Positions 49,072-59,147 of a stretch of DNA of 64,000 bases are shown here, piece after piece. The stretch is from positions 32,001 to 96,000 of the forward strand of contig CAWCNJ010000011.1 of the NCBI GenBank assembly GCA_963796955.1, given 5' to 3'. Both the position numbers and the translations under genes were made by a program. Within the stretch, counting starts at the first letter, position 1, and each line of letters begins with the position of its first letter. The notes under the pieces were generated by a model. The model made no database searches. It had not been told where the DNA came from and saw nothing but the letters and a program-made list of their open reading frames with translations. Origin of the DNA: Endomicrobiales bacterium. GTDB lineage: Bacteria; Elusimicrobiota; Endomicrobiia; Endomicrobiales; JALOBY01.

Positions 49072-50370
49072 TTAAAGCCGGTGAATATTTTTATTTACAA
49101 TGCCTTTTGTCGCATTCCTGCTGTCTAAAATCAACCTGGCTTCCTTTGAGATCTTTACATAATCCAGATCCGAGTGATCGGTGATTATTATCACGATGTC
49201 ATAGGTATTGATCGCGCCCAGATCCTTCTGGGACCGGTAGGTAGTATTTTCCAGCTTGAATTGGGAAATATGCGGATCGTAGTAATCCACATCTCCTTTC
49301 CGCTCCAGCAACAGCTGCAGCACGTCGAGGGCCGGCGACTCCCGTATGTCGCTGACATCTTTTTTGTAGGCGACCCCCAGCAACAGTATCTTCGAGCGGC
49401 TTATGCATTTGCCCTGCTCGTTCAGCACAATACTGAGCTTATCCACCAGATGGTCGGGCATGCGGGAGTTCATCTCGCCTGCCAGCTCTATGAACCGGGA
49501 ATAGAAATTCAATGTTTTCAGCTTCCACGACAGGTATTGCGGGTCCAGGGGGATGCAGTGACCGCCGATACCGGGCCCCGGATAGAACGGCATAAAACCG
49601 AAGGGCTTAGAGGCCGCCGAATCTATGATCTCCCACACATTCAGGTTTAATTTATCGCACATCAGCGCGACCTCGTTTACCAGCGCGATATTTACCGCCC
49701 TGAACGTATTTTCCAGCAGCTTGACCATTTCGGCGGCTTCCGTCGAAGAAACGGGGATCACACGGACGGCTATTTTTGAATATACCGCCGCGGCCAGGGT
49801 GCAGCACAGTTCCGTTATACCGCCGACCACCTTCGGCGTGTTGCTGATGTTATATTTTTTGTTGCTGGGGTCCACCCGCTCGGGGCTGAAGGCAAGGTAG
49901 AAATCACTGCCGCAGGACAAACCGTTCTTTTCCAGCATGGGCATTACCAGGTCTCTCGTCGTGCCGGGGTAGGTCGTTGACTCCAGCACTATCAACTGGC
50001 CGGCCCTGAGGCCCGCGGCGATCTTTTCGGCGGCGGACACTATGTAGGAGACATCCGGGTCTTTAGATTTACGCAGCGGTGTGGGCACGCAGACTATGAT
50101 GACATCACGGCCGCTCAACAAACCGAAATCCGCCGTTGCAGAAAGCAGTTTTTTATCTACCAGACCGGCAAGCACGGCGACGGGGACGTCTTCAATGTAG
50201 GATTCTTTTTTATTGATACGCTCCACCTTGCTTTTATCAACTTCGAAACCCATGACCTCAAATCCCGCCCTCGCGAACTCAACGGCAAGCGGCAGCCCCA
50301 CATACCCAAGCCCTATAACACCTATTTTCGCGACTCGTTCCTCGATCCGTTTTTGCAATTCTGTTGACAT
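49072..50370 (-). CDS. UDP-N-acetylhexosamine 6-dehydrogenase (WbpA/WecC-like), intact copy
   Basis: GLGYVG, CVPTP, FSPER, KLLEN, GGHCIP, YKKD..D.RESP, D.RN. Confidence 0.92.
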   Translation of the reverse strand: MSTELQKRIEERVAKIGVIGLGYVGLPLAVEFARAGFEVMGFEVDKSKVERINKKESYIEDVPVAVLAGLVDKKLLSATADFGLLSGRDVIIVCVPTPLRKSKDPDVSYIVSAAEKIAAGLRAGQLIVLESTTYPGTTRDLVMPMLEKNGLSCGSDFYLAFSPERVDPSNKKYNISNTPKVVGGITELCCTLAAAVYSKIAVRVIPVSSTEAAEMVKLLENTFRAVNIALVNEVALMCDKLNLNVWEIIDSAASKPFGFMPFYPGPGIGGHCIPLDPQYLSWKLKTLNFYSRFIELAGEMNSRMPDHLVDKLSIVLNEQGKCISRSKILLLGVAYKKDVSDIRESPALDVLQLLLERKGDVDYYDPHISQFKLENTTYRSQKDLGAINTYDIVIIITDHSDLDYVKISKEARLILDSRNATKGIVNKNIHRL

Positions 50371-50388
50371 GCCCGGTTCTCCTTTGCT

Positions 50389-53300
50389 CTATTTTATTAT
50401 AGCTATTTTTTTCTTCGCGTTGATGCCGGGGCCCTGCACATAGACCACATAGCCGCCGGAGGCCGCGTCGGCGGGCACCCACTCGAACATACCCTCGCTG
50501 ACATCATCCATACTGGTGCCCCACACCTGCCGGCCGCTCAAGGTAAAGACCCTGCATTCGAAACTCCCGACGTCAGAGCCCTTGAAATAGATGCGCGCCG
50601 TGTCCCCCTTCGACGGGTTAAGGATTCCCTTGCTTTCCGGCGGGCCGACCACCTTCATGTCGCCCTCCGCAACATTCGCCGAACGCTATCTCTCCTTCTT
50701 CCGGCGATCTCCAACGGCTGTAGCGGGTTTCGGCAGCCGCCTCGTTGGAATAGCCGGATGCGGCAATAGAGTTGTACGCCTTAAGCCGGTACGTGTAGCG
50801 GGTGCCGGGATAGAGGCCGCTGTCGGTAAAGGCGATGGTATTCGGCTGCAGCACCGCCCGCTGGACATAGCCTGTCTGGGTATTTTGCATCCGCTCCAGC
50901 ACAAATCCCGTTTCATCGGTCGCATTATCCTTCCAGGAAAGCTGAATGGACGTTCTGGAAATAGCCGTCGCCGATAGATTTGTGGGGGCGCCCAGAACGT
51001 AGGGCAGGGTTGCCGCTATCGCGCTGTTCGAATAGCTGGAATCCGCAAGGCTGTTGTACGCCTTGACGCGGTAATAATACGTGGTCCCGTAGTTAAGGCC
51101 GGTGTCGGTAAAACTGATACTATTGGCGGCCGGGCCGGCTATCTGGGTAAAACTGTTTTGATCGAACCCGCGCTCTATCCTAAAGCCGTCTTCATTGGCG
51201 GCGTTATCAACCCAATTAAGCACGATAGATCCGGAAGTCTGGGCAACAGCCACCAGGTTCGTCGGGGCGTTAACCGGCGATATTCTGGTGGTCCCGACGG
51301 CAAAGTTCGAATAAGGGGAATCGGTAAGGCTGTTATAAGCCTTTACCCTGTAATAATACGTTGTCCCATAACTCAGGCTGCCGTCCATAAAAGTTGTCGC
51401 ATTGGGACCGGTAAGGCCTATTTGCGTGAAATCGCTCAAGTTAACGCTGCGCTCTAGCTTAAAGCCGCTCTCATTATTTGAGTTATCCGTCCAGGACAAT
51501 GCTATCGAACCGGTCGAAAGCACCGTAAGGGCAAGGCTTGATGGCGCGTTGATGGTGACCGGTTGTGTTACCGCGAAGGCCGAGTTAGAATACACCGAAT
51601 CCCCTGCGGCGTTCGTCGCTCTGACCCGGTAATAGTAGGTGGCGCCGTTACTGAGGGAACCGTCGCTGTACGTGAACGCGTTCGTGCCCACACTCGCGAT
51701 CTGCGTAAAGCTTCCGGTATTCGGCCCCCGTTCTATTTTGTAGCCGGTTTCGTTAATCGCATTATCTATCCAGCTCAGACGTATGGAGCCGGTGGACAAT
51801 GCAACGGCCACAAGGCCGGTAGGCGCGGCTGGCACCGTCGGCGGCGGAAGCGGCGCGGCGGCGATAGTGAAGTTGTAGGAGTCCTGCGGCATACTGTTAG
51901 CCGGGGTGGCGATATCCTGCGAATTGATACTTACGCTTACGGTGGAGCTATAGGCGTACGGTGAGGTTGTGTACTTTATAAGATAATCCGAAGGCGAACC
52001 GGTAACAACGGTATTGCCATAGGCAGATGGATTAGCGCCGTTATAGACGGTAATCCCGTTCCACTTTCAGGATCGTATAGGCCAGGTTCACGCCCGACTG
52101 GGTATCGCTCAAGTGAAAGCTGATGCTGGTCGTGGAAGAGACATTTACCGCGCCCTTCGCCGGGCTGTAGCCGGAGGCCGAGGGAGGTGTCGTGTCTCCT
52201 GAAGTGGTGCCTCCAAGGTCGGTAGGCCAGTTCGCGGGCAGCGTGCACAGGTACACTTCGCTCCTGCCGCTTGAATTACGCCAGTTGCCGCCCCACCAGA
52301 TCTTGGTGCCGGCATAATCCATCTGCGCGTTCGGCTGCTGGTAATAATAGATCCCGCCGCTGATGTTGGCGGTATTCTGCGTATACGACACGCGCCATAT
52401 CCTCGGCTTTACGCTGCCCGTCGACGGTGTGCCTGTCCAGGAGGCGTAATGCCGCAGATAATATTCGTCTCATCCAGCTCATGCGCCCAGATCTGGTTAT
52501 ACGACCAGGCGCTGTTATCCTGCGCGTACGTGGAAACGAACTGCCAGCCGTGCTTGTCCGTGTATGAGAACAAACAGTTGCCGTTCCATCCCAGGCTGCC
52601 CTGATCGTAAATATCGAAACGTTCGCCGGTGTCGCATCTGGTGTATGCGATGTTATCGCCGTCCAGGCAGGTGAAGACTTCGTGGCCTTGCGTCGTCCAA
52701 CCGAAATTTCCGTGCGGGATAGCCTGCGCGCACCGGTGCCAGGTTGAGAAATTCCTGGTATAAATATCGGAGGCGGCACGTTCCGAGCTGTCCAAAGCGT
52801 ACCAGTTGATCAACACATAATTGCCGCTGGGCGAGATCATGGTCCCTTTTATCGCCGCGACCGAACCGAGACTTTTCGATGAGACGACGGTATTGCTCAC
52901 CATGTCGTAAACGAAGACGTAGTCCTGCACATCCTGCGAGCCGTTAGAATGCTGGATATAGAAAGCCCAGTACCTGCCGTCCGTCGAAGAGCCGCCGTAT
53001 TCGTGCGAAAGGATATAGTGCATGTTCGTGCCGTTCGAGTTGCTGTCGGTGGCGGGCGTCATGGTCGGAAAATCGGTATAGAAATCATGCTGCAATCCTT
53101 CTTCCTTGGTCACCACGTCAAAATATCTCATCTGCATGTGCTTGCGGTAGTACAGGCGCGTGTTGTGATTACCGGTACGGTCCCATCTCGGCTCAGGGTC
53201 CTGGCTGTTCCACCAGGACAAGGGGGAACTATTTTTCCCTGCATGGAGATCGGCGATAAATACGCCGTTAATGTCGTAGAGCTGGTAACCGTAAGCGGCG

Positions 53301-53614
53301 ATACCGGGCACGCTGTTAATACCGTAGAGCATGATGCGCGTTCCATCATTTGACACCGGGTTGTACGTGTTGTAGCCGCAGCCCACGCCGCCGTTTGACG
53401 GTATGGAAGGATTATCCACCGCGATGTTGGTGAACCTGGTTATGGTGGTGTTGTAGGTACTGTCTATGAAAGAAGCGCCTTTGGCCGGTTGGGATTGCGA
53501 GGAATACGTATAGAGGGTATCGCCCAGTGTGTATGAGAATGAAAATGCCATGCCCGGCAGTAACATCAGCCAGGCGGCCGCCAGGGCCGCCTTTCGTAAA
53601 AAATATATATTCAT
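50389..53614 (-). pseudogene. Large secreted protein (unknown N-terminal domain + Ig-like domain + four FN3 + T9SS-like CTD) broken by at least three frameshifts
   Basis: ORFs 52409-53614, 52041-52391, 50618-51892 and 50389-50658 join into one ~1070-aa protein when indels near 52463, 52061 and 50682 are corrected; N-part collinear with paralog 53726-55540. Confidence 0.8.
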
Positions 53615-53654
53615 AACTACTCCTTTTTCCCGATATCAATGCCGGAATGCACCT

Positions 53655-53683
53655 ATTATATCCTGAGCTATTTTCAGCCGCAA
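53655..53683 (-). promoter_or_regulatory. Possible promoter for the 50389-53614 gene
   Basis: Minus strand TTGCGG-17nt-TATAAT. Confidence 0.45.
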
Positions 53684-53725
53684 TGCTCCCTGTACACGGA
53701 AAACTATCCTGTATATGCCTGAAGC

Positions 53726-55540
53726 TTATTTTAGTATCGCCAGCTTCTTTTTCGCCTTCAAACCTGGGCCGTTCACATACACCACATACCCGCCTGAGGG
53801 CATATTTTTGGCCGTCCATTCGAACATGCCTTCGCTGACATTATTCATGACGTCGGTCCAGACTTCCACGCCTGACAGGGTAACGATCGTGCATTCAAAT
53901 TTGCCCGTGCCCGAACCTTTGAAATATATCCTGGCCGTATCGCCTCGGGAAGGGTCTATTATTCCCCTGTTGCCCTTTGGCCCTACCACTATCGCCTGGC
54001 CTTCGCGTACGAAGGAATCGGAAGGAGTGGTATTATCATTCGCGTTGATGCCCGTACCCGTACCGGTATCGGTGGCCGTGCCGGTGCCGGAACCCGTACC
54101 ACCCACGGTACTGGTACCCGTACTTACCTGCACAACACCGCCAAGGTCGGTGTACCAGTTTACCGGCAGGGTGCACATATACACTTCGCTCCTGCCGCCT
54201 GAATTGCGCCAGTTGCCGCCCCACCAGATCCTGGTGCCTGCATAATCCATCTGCGCGTTCGGCTGCTGATAATAATAGATCCCGCCGCTCACATTCGCGG
54301 CGTTCTGTGTGTACGTTACGCGCCATATCCGCGGCTTTGTGCTGCCGGTCGAGGGACTTCCCGTCCATGAAAGGTAATGCCTTAAATATTTCGTCTCGTC
54401 CAGCTCATGCGCCCAGATCTGGTTATACGACCAGGCGCTGTTATCCTGCGCGTACGTGGAGACGAACTGCCAGCCGTGCTTGTCCGTATACGAGAACAAA
54501 CAGTTGCCGTTCCACCCCAGGCTTCCCTGATCGTAAATATCAAAGCGTTCGCCCGTATCGCAGCGGGTAAATGCGATGTTATCGCCGTCCAGGCAGGTGA
54601 AGACCTCGTGGCCCTGCGTCGTCCAGCCGAAATTCCCATGCGGGATAGCCTGCGCGCACCGGTGCCATACCGAAAAATCGCGCGTGTATATGTCGGAGGC
54701 CGCCCGTTCCGAGCTGTCCAGAACGTACCAGTTGATCAACACATAATTGCCGCTGGGCGAGATCATGGTCCCTTTTATCGCCACGAGCGAGCCAAGGCTT
54801 TTAGTTGAGACCACGGTATTATTGACCATGTCGTAGACGAAGACGTAGTCCTGCACATCCTGCGAGCCGTTAGAATGCTGGATATAGAAGGCCCAGTACC
54901 TGCCGTCCGTTGAAGAGCCGCCGTATTCATGCGAAAGGATATAGTGCATGTTCGTACCGTTCTGGTTGCCGTCAGTCGCCGGCGTCAGGGACGGAAAATC
55001 ATTGGTAAAATCGTGCTGGAGCCCTTCTTCGTGCGTTATGACGTCAAAATATCTCATCTGCATATGTTTGCGGTAATACATACGCGTATTGTGATTGCCA
55101 GTGCGGTCCCATCTCGGTTCCGGGTCCTGGCTGTTCCACCAGGCGAACGGAGAACTATTCTTCCCACCGGCGAGGTCGGCGATGAAATTGCCGTTGATAT
55201 CGTAGAGCTGATAGCCGTAAGAAGTGATCCCCGGGACGCTGCTGATGCCGTAGAGCATGATGTGCGTTCCGTCATTTGAGACGGGGTTGTACGTATTGTA
55301 GCCGCAGCCTACGCCGCCGTTCGACGGTATCGACGGGTTGTCCGCCGCGATGTTGGTGAACCTGGTTATCGTAGTGTTATACGTGCTGTCGACATACGAA
55401 CCGCCTTTGGCCGGCTGGCTCTGAGAAGAATAGGGATACAGCGTATCGCCCAGTATATATTGGAACGCATATACGCCTGGATCTATAAAAACGAGAAATG
55501 CCGAGACCGCGAAGAACCAGCGTGTACTATTTTTTAGCAT
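53726..55540 (-). CDS. Secreted protein: uncharacterised (beta-propeller-like) domain, Gly/Thr linker, T9SS-like CTD
   Basis: Signal peptide; S.DG/SP.G blade-like motifs (SNDGTH, STDGRY, ISPSGNY); GTGSGTGTATDTGTGTG linker; CTD ending SGGYVVYVNGPGLKAKKKLAILK. Confidence 0.75.
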   Translation of the reverse strand: MLKNSTRWFFAVSAFLVFIDPGVYAFQYILGDTLYPYSSQSQPAKGGSYVDSTYNTTITRFTNIAADNPSIPSNGGVGCGYNTYNPVSNDGTHIMLYGISSVPGITSYGYQLYDINGNFIADLAGGKNSSPFAWWNSQDPEPRWDRTGNHNTRMYYRKHMQMRYFDVITHEEGLQHDFTNDFPSLTPATDGNQNGTNMHYILSHEYGGSSTDGRYWAFYIQHSNGSQDVQDYVFVYDMVNNTVVSTKSLGSLVAIKGTMISPSGNYVLINWYVLDSSERAASDIYTRDFSVWHRCAQAIPHGNFGWTTQGHEVFTCLDGDNIAFTRCDTGERFDIYDQGSLGWNGNCLFSYTDKHGWQFVSTYAQDNSAWSYNQIWAHELDETKYLRHYLSWTGSPSTGSTKPRIWRVTYTQNAANVSGGIYYYQQPNAQMDYAGTRIWWGGNWRNSGGRSEVYMCTLPVNWYTDLGGVVQVSTGTSTVGGTGSGTGTATDTGTGTGINANDNTTPSDSFVREGQAIVVGPKGNRGIIDPSRGDTARIYFKGSGTGKFECTIVTLSGVEVWTDVMNNVSEGMFEWTAKNMPSGGYVVYVNGPGLKAKKKLAILK

Positions 55541-56510
55541 AGATCACCTCTGAAATGTTATTTTTAAGATGCCGTCTCAATTTTTCAGAGAAGTCGACGG
55601 AAAAGATCGCGGCTCCCCTGCTGTTAAGATGCTGTGAATTATAGAAATAATCCGTGCTTTTCGTCAGTCGCGAGCCCGAATAATCGTAGAACGGTATTTT
55701 ATATCTGCCGGCGATCCCCGTGACGACGTTCATGATATCCTTTTTGTTCCGGGTAAGTTCGGAAACCCGGTAATATTCCGGCGCGAAAACCAGCACGATC
55801 TCTATGCCGCGCGCGCGCGACAACTGCACGATATTCTCAAGCTTTTGTACCGCCTCCGGTTTTATCTTATACGTTATGCCGCCGGGATTGTTCTTAACGA
55901 AATTATCGAAGTCCGAGTTCCACGACCGGTATTGCGGGTGATACCCCCGGTAGCGGACCTCTTCGGGATCATTATAATTTTTCAGAACCCCGCGGAAGGC
56001 CGGCCCCATCAGGCTCACACCGTACTGCGCGAAGCTGTACAGCGGCAAATACCGGTTGCGCCAGATGGAACTGTCGCTCTCATAGATGGTCCGGTATATC
56101 TCTTCTTCCTTCAGATGCGGCGTATACATCATGGTCTCGAACCGGTACGCATTGTCGCTGAAGGAATCTATATCTATCACCTGCACCAGCACCAACGGCT
56201 TTTTGTTATGCTTCAAATAGGTCTTCAACAGCGCGTACTGCATGGCAAGGCCCGTCCCGTTCAAGCCCAGGTTATAGCAGCTTAAGCACGTGTGGGAGCT
56301 GACCAGCGCGCAGTCAAAATGCACCATGGCCCGGGAAGAGCCTGAGACGATGATGTCGCTGTTTATCCTGCCGTTCATAACATCGTTCAACATGCCCCAA
56401 TAACCGTTGTTGATAGAGCGCAGCCCGCCCAGCAGCAGGCTGCTGATCAGGAGCATCAACAGCAAGAGGGATGAGATGAACAACATGATCCTGCCGAGTT
56501 CTTTTTTCAT
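55527..56510 (-). CDS. SGNH-like periplasmic partner of MBOAT O-acyltransferase (AlgJ/DltD-like)
   Basis: N-terminal TM, IIVSGSSRA, YNLGLNG, FYNSQHLN; directly after the MBOAT gene; start at ATG 56510. Confidence 0.65.
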   Translation of the reverse strand: MKKELGRIMLFISSLLLLMLLISSLLLGGLRSINNGYWGMLNDVMNGRINSDIIVSGSSRAMVHFDCALVSSHTCLSCYNLGLNGTGLAMQYALLKTYLKHNKKPLVLVQVIDIDSFSDNAYRFETMMYTPHLKEEEIYRTIYESDSSIWRNRYLPLYSFAQYGVSLMGPAFRGVLKNYNDPEEVRYRGYHPQYRSWNSDFDNFVKNNPGGITYKIKPEAVQKLENIVQLSRARGIEIVLVFAPEYYRVSELTRNKKDIMNVVTGIAGRYKIPFYDYSGSRLTKSTDYFYNSQHLNSRGAAIFSVDFSEKLRRHLKNNISEVIYAKK

Positions 56511-56512
56511 AA

Positions 56513-57970
56513 TTAAAATTGGAAATATATGAACGACGACACGTTCCGGTAATAACCGAACAGTATGTTGACCATGATCAAGGCGTACCAGACGGGCCAC
56601 CGCACCCACACCGGATGCGCGTTCAACCGGCTTCTGACACTGCCTTCACGCTGCAGGGTATGCACGAATATAAGCACGCAAATAGCGGCGCTCGCTATTG
56701 CCAGGTCATATTTATGCAGCCCGAGGCTGAATATCAGGCTGCTGAAAGATATCCCCCCCGCAATGCCGGTGAACATATGGGTTACCACGTACAGGGCGTC
56801 ATGCATATTCTTAGCGCGGAAAAAGACCCATGCGAACGTTATCAGCGAGAATGTCACGGCGACTTTTACGTACCTATGCAGCAGAGGGAAACGGTCCAGA
56901 CCCGTGATCTTTACCGCCTGAGCGCGAATACCTTCGGTCCACTGGGAAGAAATAAGATACAGACCGTTCAACCCGCCCCAGACCACGTAGGTCCAGCTGG
57001 CGCCGTGCCAGAGCCCGCTGATCAGAAATGTCAGGAATAAATTGAATTGCCAACGCCACTTTGCCACCCGGTTACCGCCGAGCGAGATATACAGATAATC
57101 CCGGAACCAGGTTGAAAGCGAGATATGCCACCGCTTCCAGAATTCCGCAATGGATTTTGAGAAGTACGGCCGGTTGAAATTCTTCATAAGCGTAAAGCCC
57201 ATGACCTGCGCCGCCCCGATGGCGATGTCCGAATAGCCGGAGAAATCACAATAGATCTGAAAGGCGAAGAAAACCGTCGCCATGATCAGCGGCAGGCCCG
57301 TGAAATCCGACGGGTTCCCGTACACGTGGTTCACCACGACGGCAAGGCGGTCCGCTATCACGACTTTTTTGAAGAAACCCCAGAGCATCAGCTGTAAGCC
57401 CGAAACGACCCTTTTATAATCCCAGGAATGTTTTTCGTAGAACTGATGTATCAGGTTCTGTGGCCGCTCTATGGGTCCGGCGACCAGCTGGGGATAAAAC
57501 ATGACATAGAGCGCGTAAATGCCGAAATGCCGTTCAGCCTTCTGGTGACCGCGGTACACCTCTATCGTATAACTCATCGCCTGAAAAGTGTGGAAGGAAA
57601 GCCCGATGGGCAGTATGATCCTGAGGTCGCTTATCGGGTAGTTCCAGTCCACCAGGCGGGCCAGGAAGGCGAAATTGCCGTTAAGAAAATTGAAGTATTT
57701 AAAGAAAGCCAGGAACCCCACGTTGGCGATAATACTGCAGACAAGGAACAACAGGCGGCTGCGGCCCGCATTGTTTTCTATGTAGATCCCGGCAAAATAA
57801 TCGACGATGATCGTCGCCGCAAGTATCAATATATAGACCGGGATGAAGGCCATGTAGAACGCGCAGCTGGCGCTCAGCAACATGAGCCACCGCACTTTAT
57901 GGGGCAGCACGAACCATAACACGGTCACGACGGGAAAGAACACCAGGAATTGCCATGAATTAAAAAGCAT
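56513..57970 (-). CDS. MBOAT family O-acyltransferase (AlgI/DltB-like)
   Basis: MLFNS, LPIGLSF.TFQ, PQLVAGPIER, QIYCDFSGYSD, FWKRWHISLS.WFRDY, SGLWHGA. Confidence 0.93.
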   Translation of the reverse strand: MLFNSWQFLVFFPVVTVLWFVLPHKVRWLMLLSASCAFYMAFIPVYILILAATIIVDYFAGIYIENNAGRSRLLFLVCSIIANVGFLAFFKYFNFLNGNFAFLARLVDWNYPISDLRIILPIGLSFHTFQAMSYTIEVYRGHQKAERHFGIYALYVMFYPQLVAGPIERPQNLIHQFYEKHSWDYKRVVSGLQLMLWGFFKKVVIADRLAVVVNHVYGNPSDFTGLPLIMATVFFAFQIYCDFSGYSDIAIGAAQVMGFTLMKNFNRPYFSKSIAEFWKRWHISLSTWFRDYLYISLGGNRVAKWRWQFNLFLTFLISGLWHGASWTYVVWGGLNGLYLISSQWTEGIRAQAVKITGLDRFPLLHRYVKVAVTFSLITFAWVFFRAKNMHDALYVVTHMFTGIAGGISFSSLIFSLGLHKYDLAIASAAICVLIFVHTLQREGSVRSRLNAHPVWVRWPVWYALIMVNILFGYYRNVSSFIYFQF

Positions 57971-58003
57971 ATCCCACCCCCCAAACGCACAACGTGAGAA
58001 TTA

Positions 58004-59131
58004 TCACTGCTGCGACCAGGTAACTTTCTGGGTACCGGCAAAATACGCGTACGTTCCGGCGATCGCGTCAATATTGAGCATGCAAAAGGCATAGGGCAGG
58101 GCCAGCAGGCCGACCCGCAATCTTGCGGCAAAGGGACCAAGGGCGGCCGCGATATAGAAAGCGGACTGGAGCAGGAATACCGCCATGAACAAAGGACTTT
58201 TCAATAAAAAAAGGTTCGAAACGAAAGCTAAAATTATGAAATACGGCAATAGCACCCTGAGTACCTTATGCGAGAAAAGCTGCACGGCGACGGGACTGCG
58301 AAAGGGGTTCAGCATACCGGCGAGACTGAGGAATATCTGCCAGTTGCCGGCAAGCGTCCTGCGCTTGCGGCGCGATTCATCGTGCCGGTCCGCCGAGGCC
58401 TCATCATACGCGATGGCACGCGGTTCCACGACGGCGCGGTAACCCTGTTCGATGATCTTTAAAGGCACATAGACATCATCCAGGATAATGTTTTCTTCTA
58501 TAGGAACGAATAATTTCCTTCGGATTGCGTAAATAGCCCCCGTGGCGCCGGTCACCGAATAGACACGGCTCTCAAGCCGCCTTAAAAAAGTCTCATAGTC
58601 CCAGTAGGCGCGCAGCCCTTTGGAGAACAAGGTCTTTTTGTGGCTTTCCAATACCAGTTCGCCGGTAACGCAGCCGATGCCTTCATCGGCAAAATTCGCG
58701 GCTAGTTCCAACAGCGCTTTTTTGTGGAAACGCTGGCGCGCATCGGCGAACACTATCAGTTCCCCTTTCGCTTTTGAGACCAGCAGGTTGAGCATGCTCG
58801 CCTTGCCGTTGTTCGGGGTCACGTAAAAGGCCTTGATACCGCGTTCGTTATACCGGTCCAGTATATCCCGTGTGGCGTCCGTAGAACCGTCCGACCCAAC
58901 GAGCACTTCGAGTTTCCCGGCAGGATAATCCAACGCAAGGCAATTGCGTATCTTTGCTTCTATAGAGCGCGCTTCGTTATGGGCCGAGATCACCATGCTG
59001 AGCGAAGGGTATATATTTTTTTTCCTTACCGGCCTTTTGTACACCTTACCCGTAAGCCACAGCAGTATGGGATAGCCAAAATAGACATACCATATACAGA
59101 CAACCGACAGCAGGAATAGCGTCATTATCAT
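58004..59131 (-). CDS. Glycosyltransferase family 2 (membrane, CESA-like; paralog of 16654-17808)
   Basis: SAHNE, SDGSTD, FADA, GATGAIYAIR, DD, RK.RT..GN.Q, SHKVLR. Confidence 0.9.
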   Translation of the reverse strand: MIMTLFLLSVVCIWYVYFGYPILLWLTGKVYKRPVRKKNIYPSLSMVISAHNEARSIEAKIRNCLALDYPAGKLEVLVGSDGSTDATRDILDRYNERGIKAFYVTPNNGKASMLNLLVSKAKGELIVFADARQRFHKKALLELAANFADEGIGCVTGELVLESHKKTLFSKGLRAYWDYETFLRRLESRVYSVTGATGAIYAIRRKLFVPIEENIILDDVYVPLKIIEQGYRAVVEPRAIAYDEASADRHDESRRKRRTLAGNWQIFLSLAGMLNPFRSPVAVQLFSHKVLRVLLPYFIILAFVSNLFLLKSPLFMAVFLLQSAFYIAAALGPFAARLRVGLLALPYAFCMLNIDAIAGTYAYFAGTQKVTWSQQ

Positions 59132-59147
59132 TTTTCCCCCGGAAATA

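Noticed and set aside
53715..54245. Plus-strand Pro/Val-rich 176-aa ORF and its short tandem repeats
   Set aside because: Antisense shadow of the Gly/Thr linker and CTD of 53726-55540
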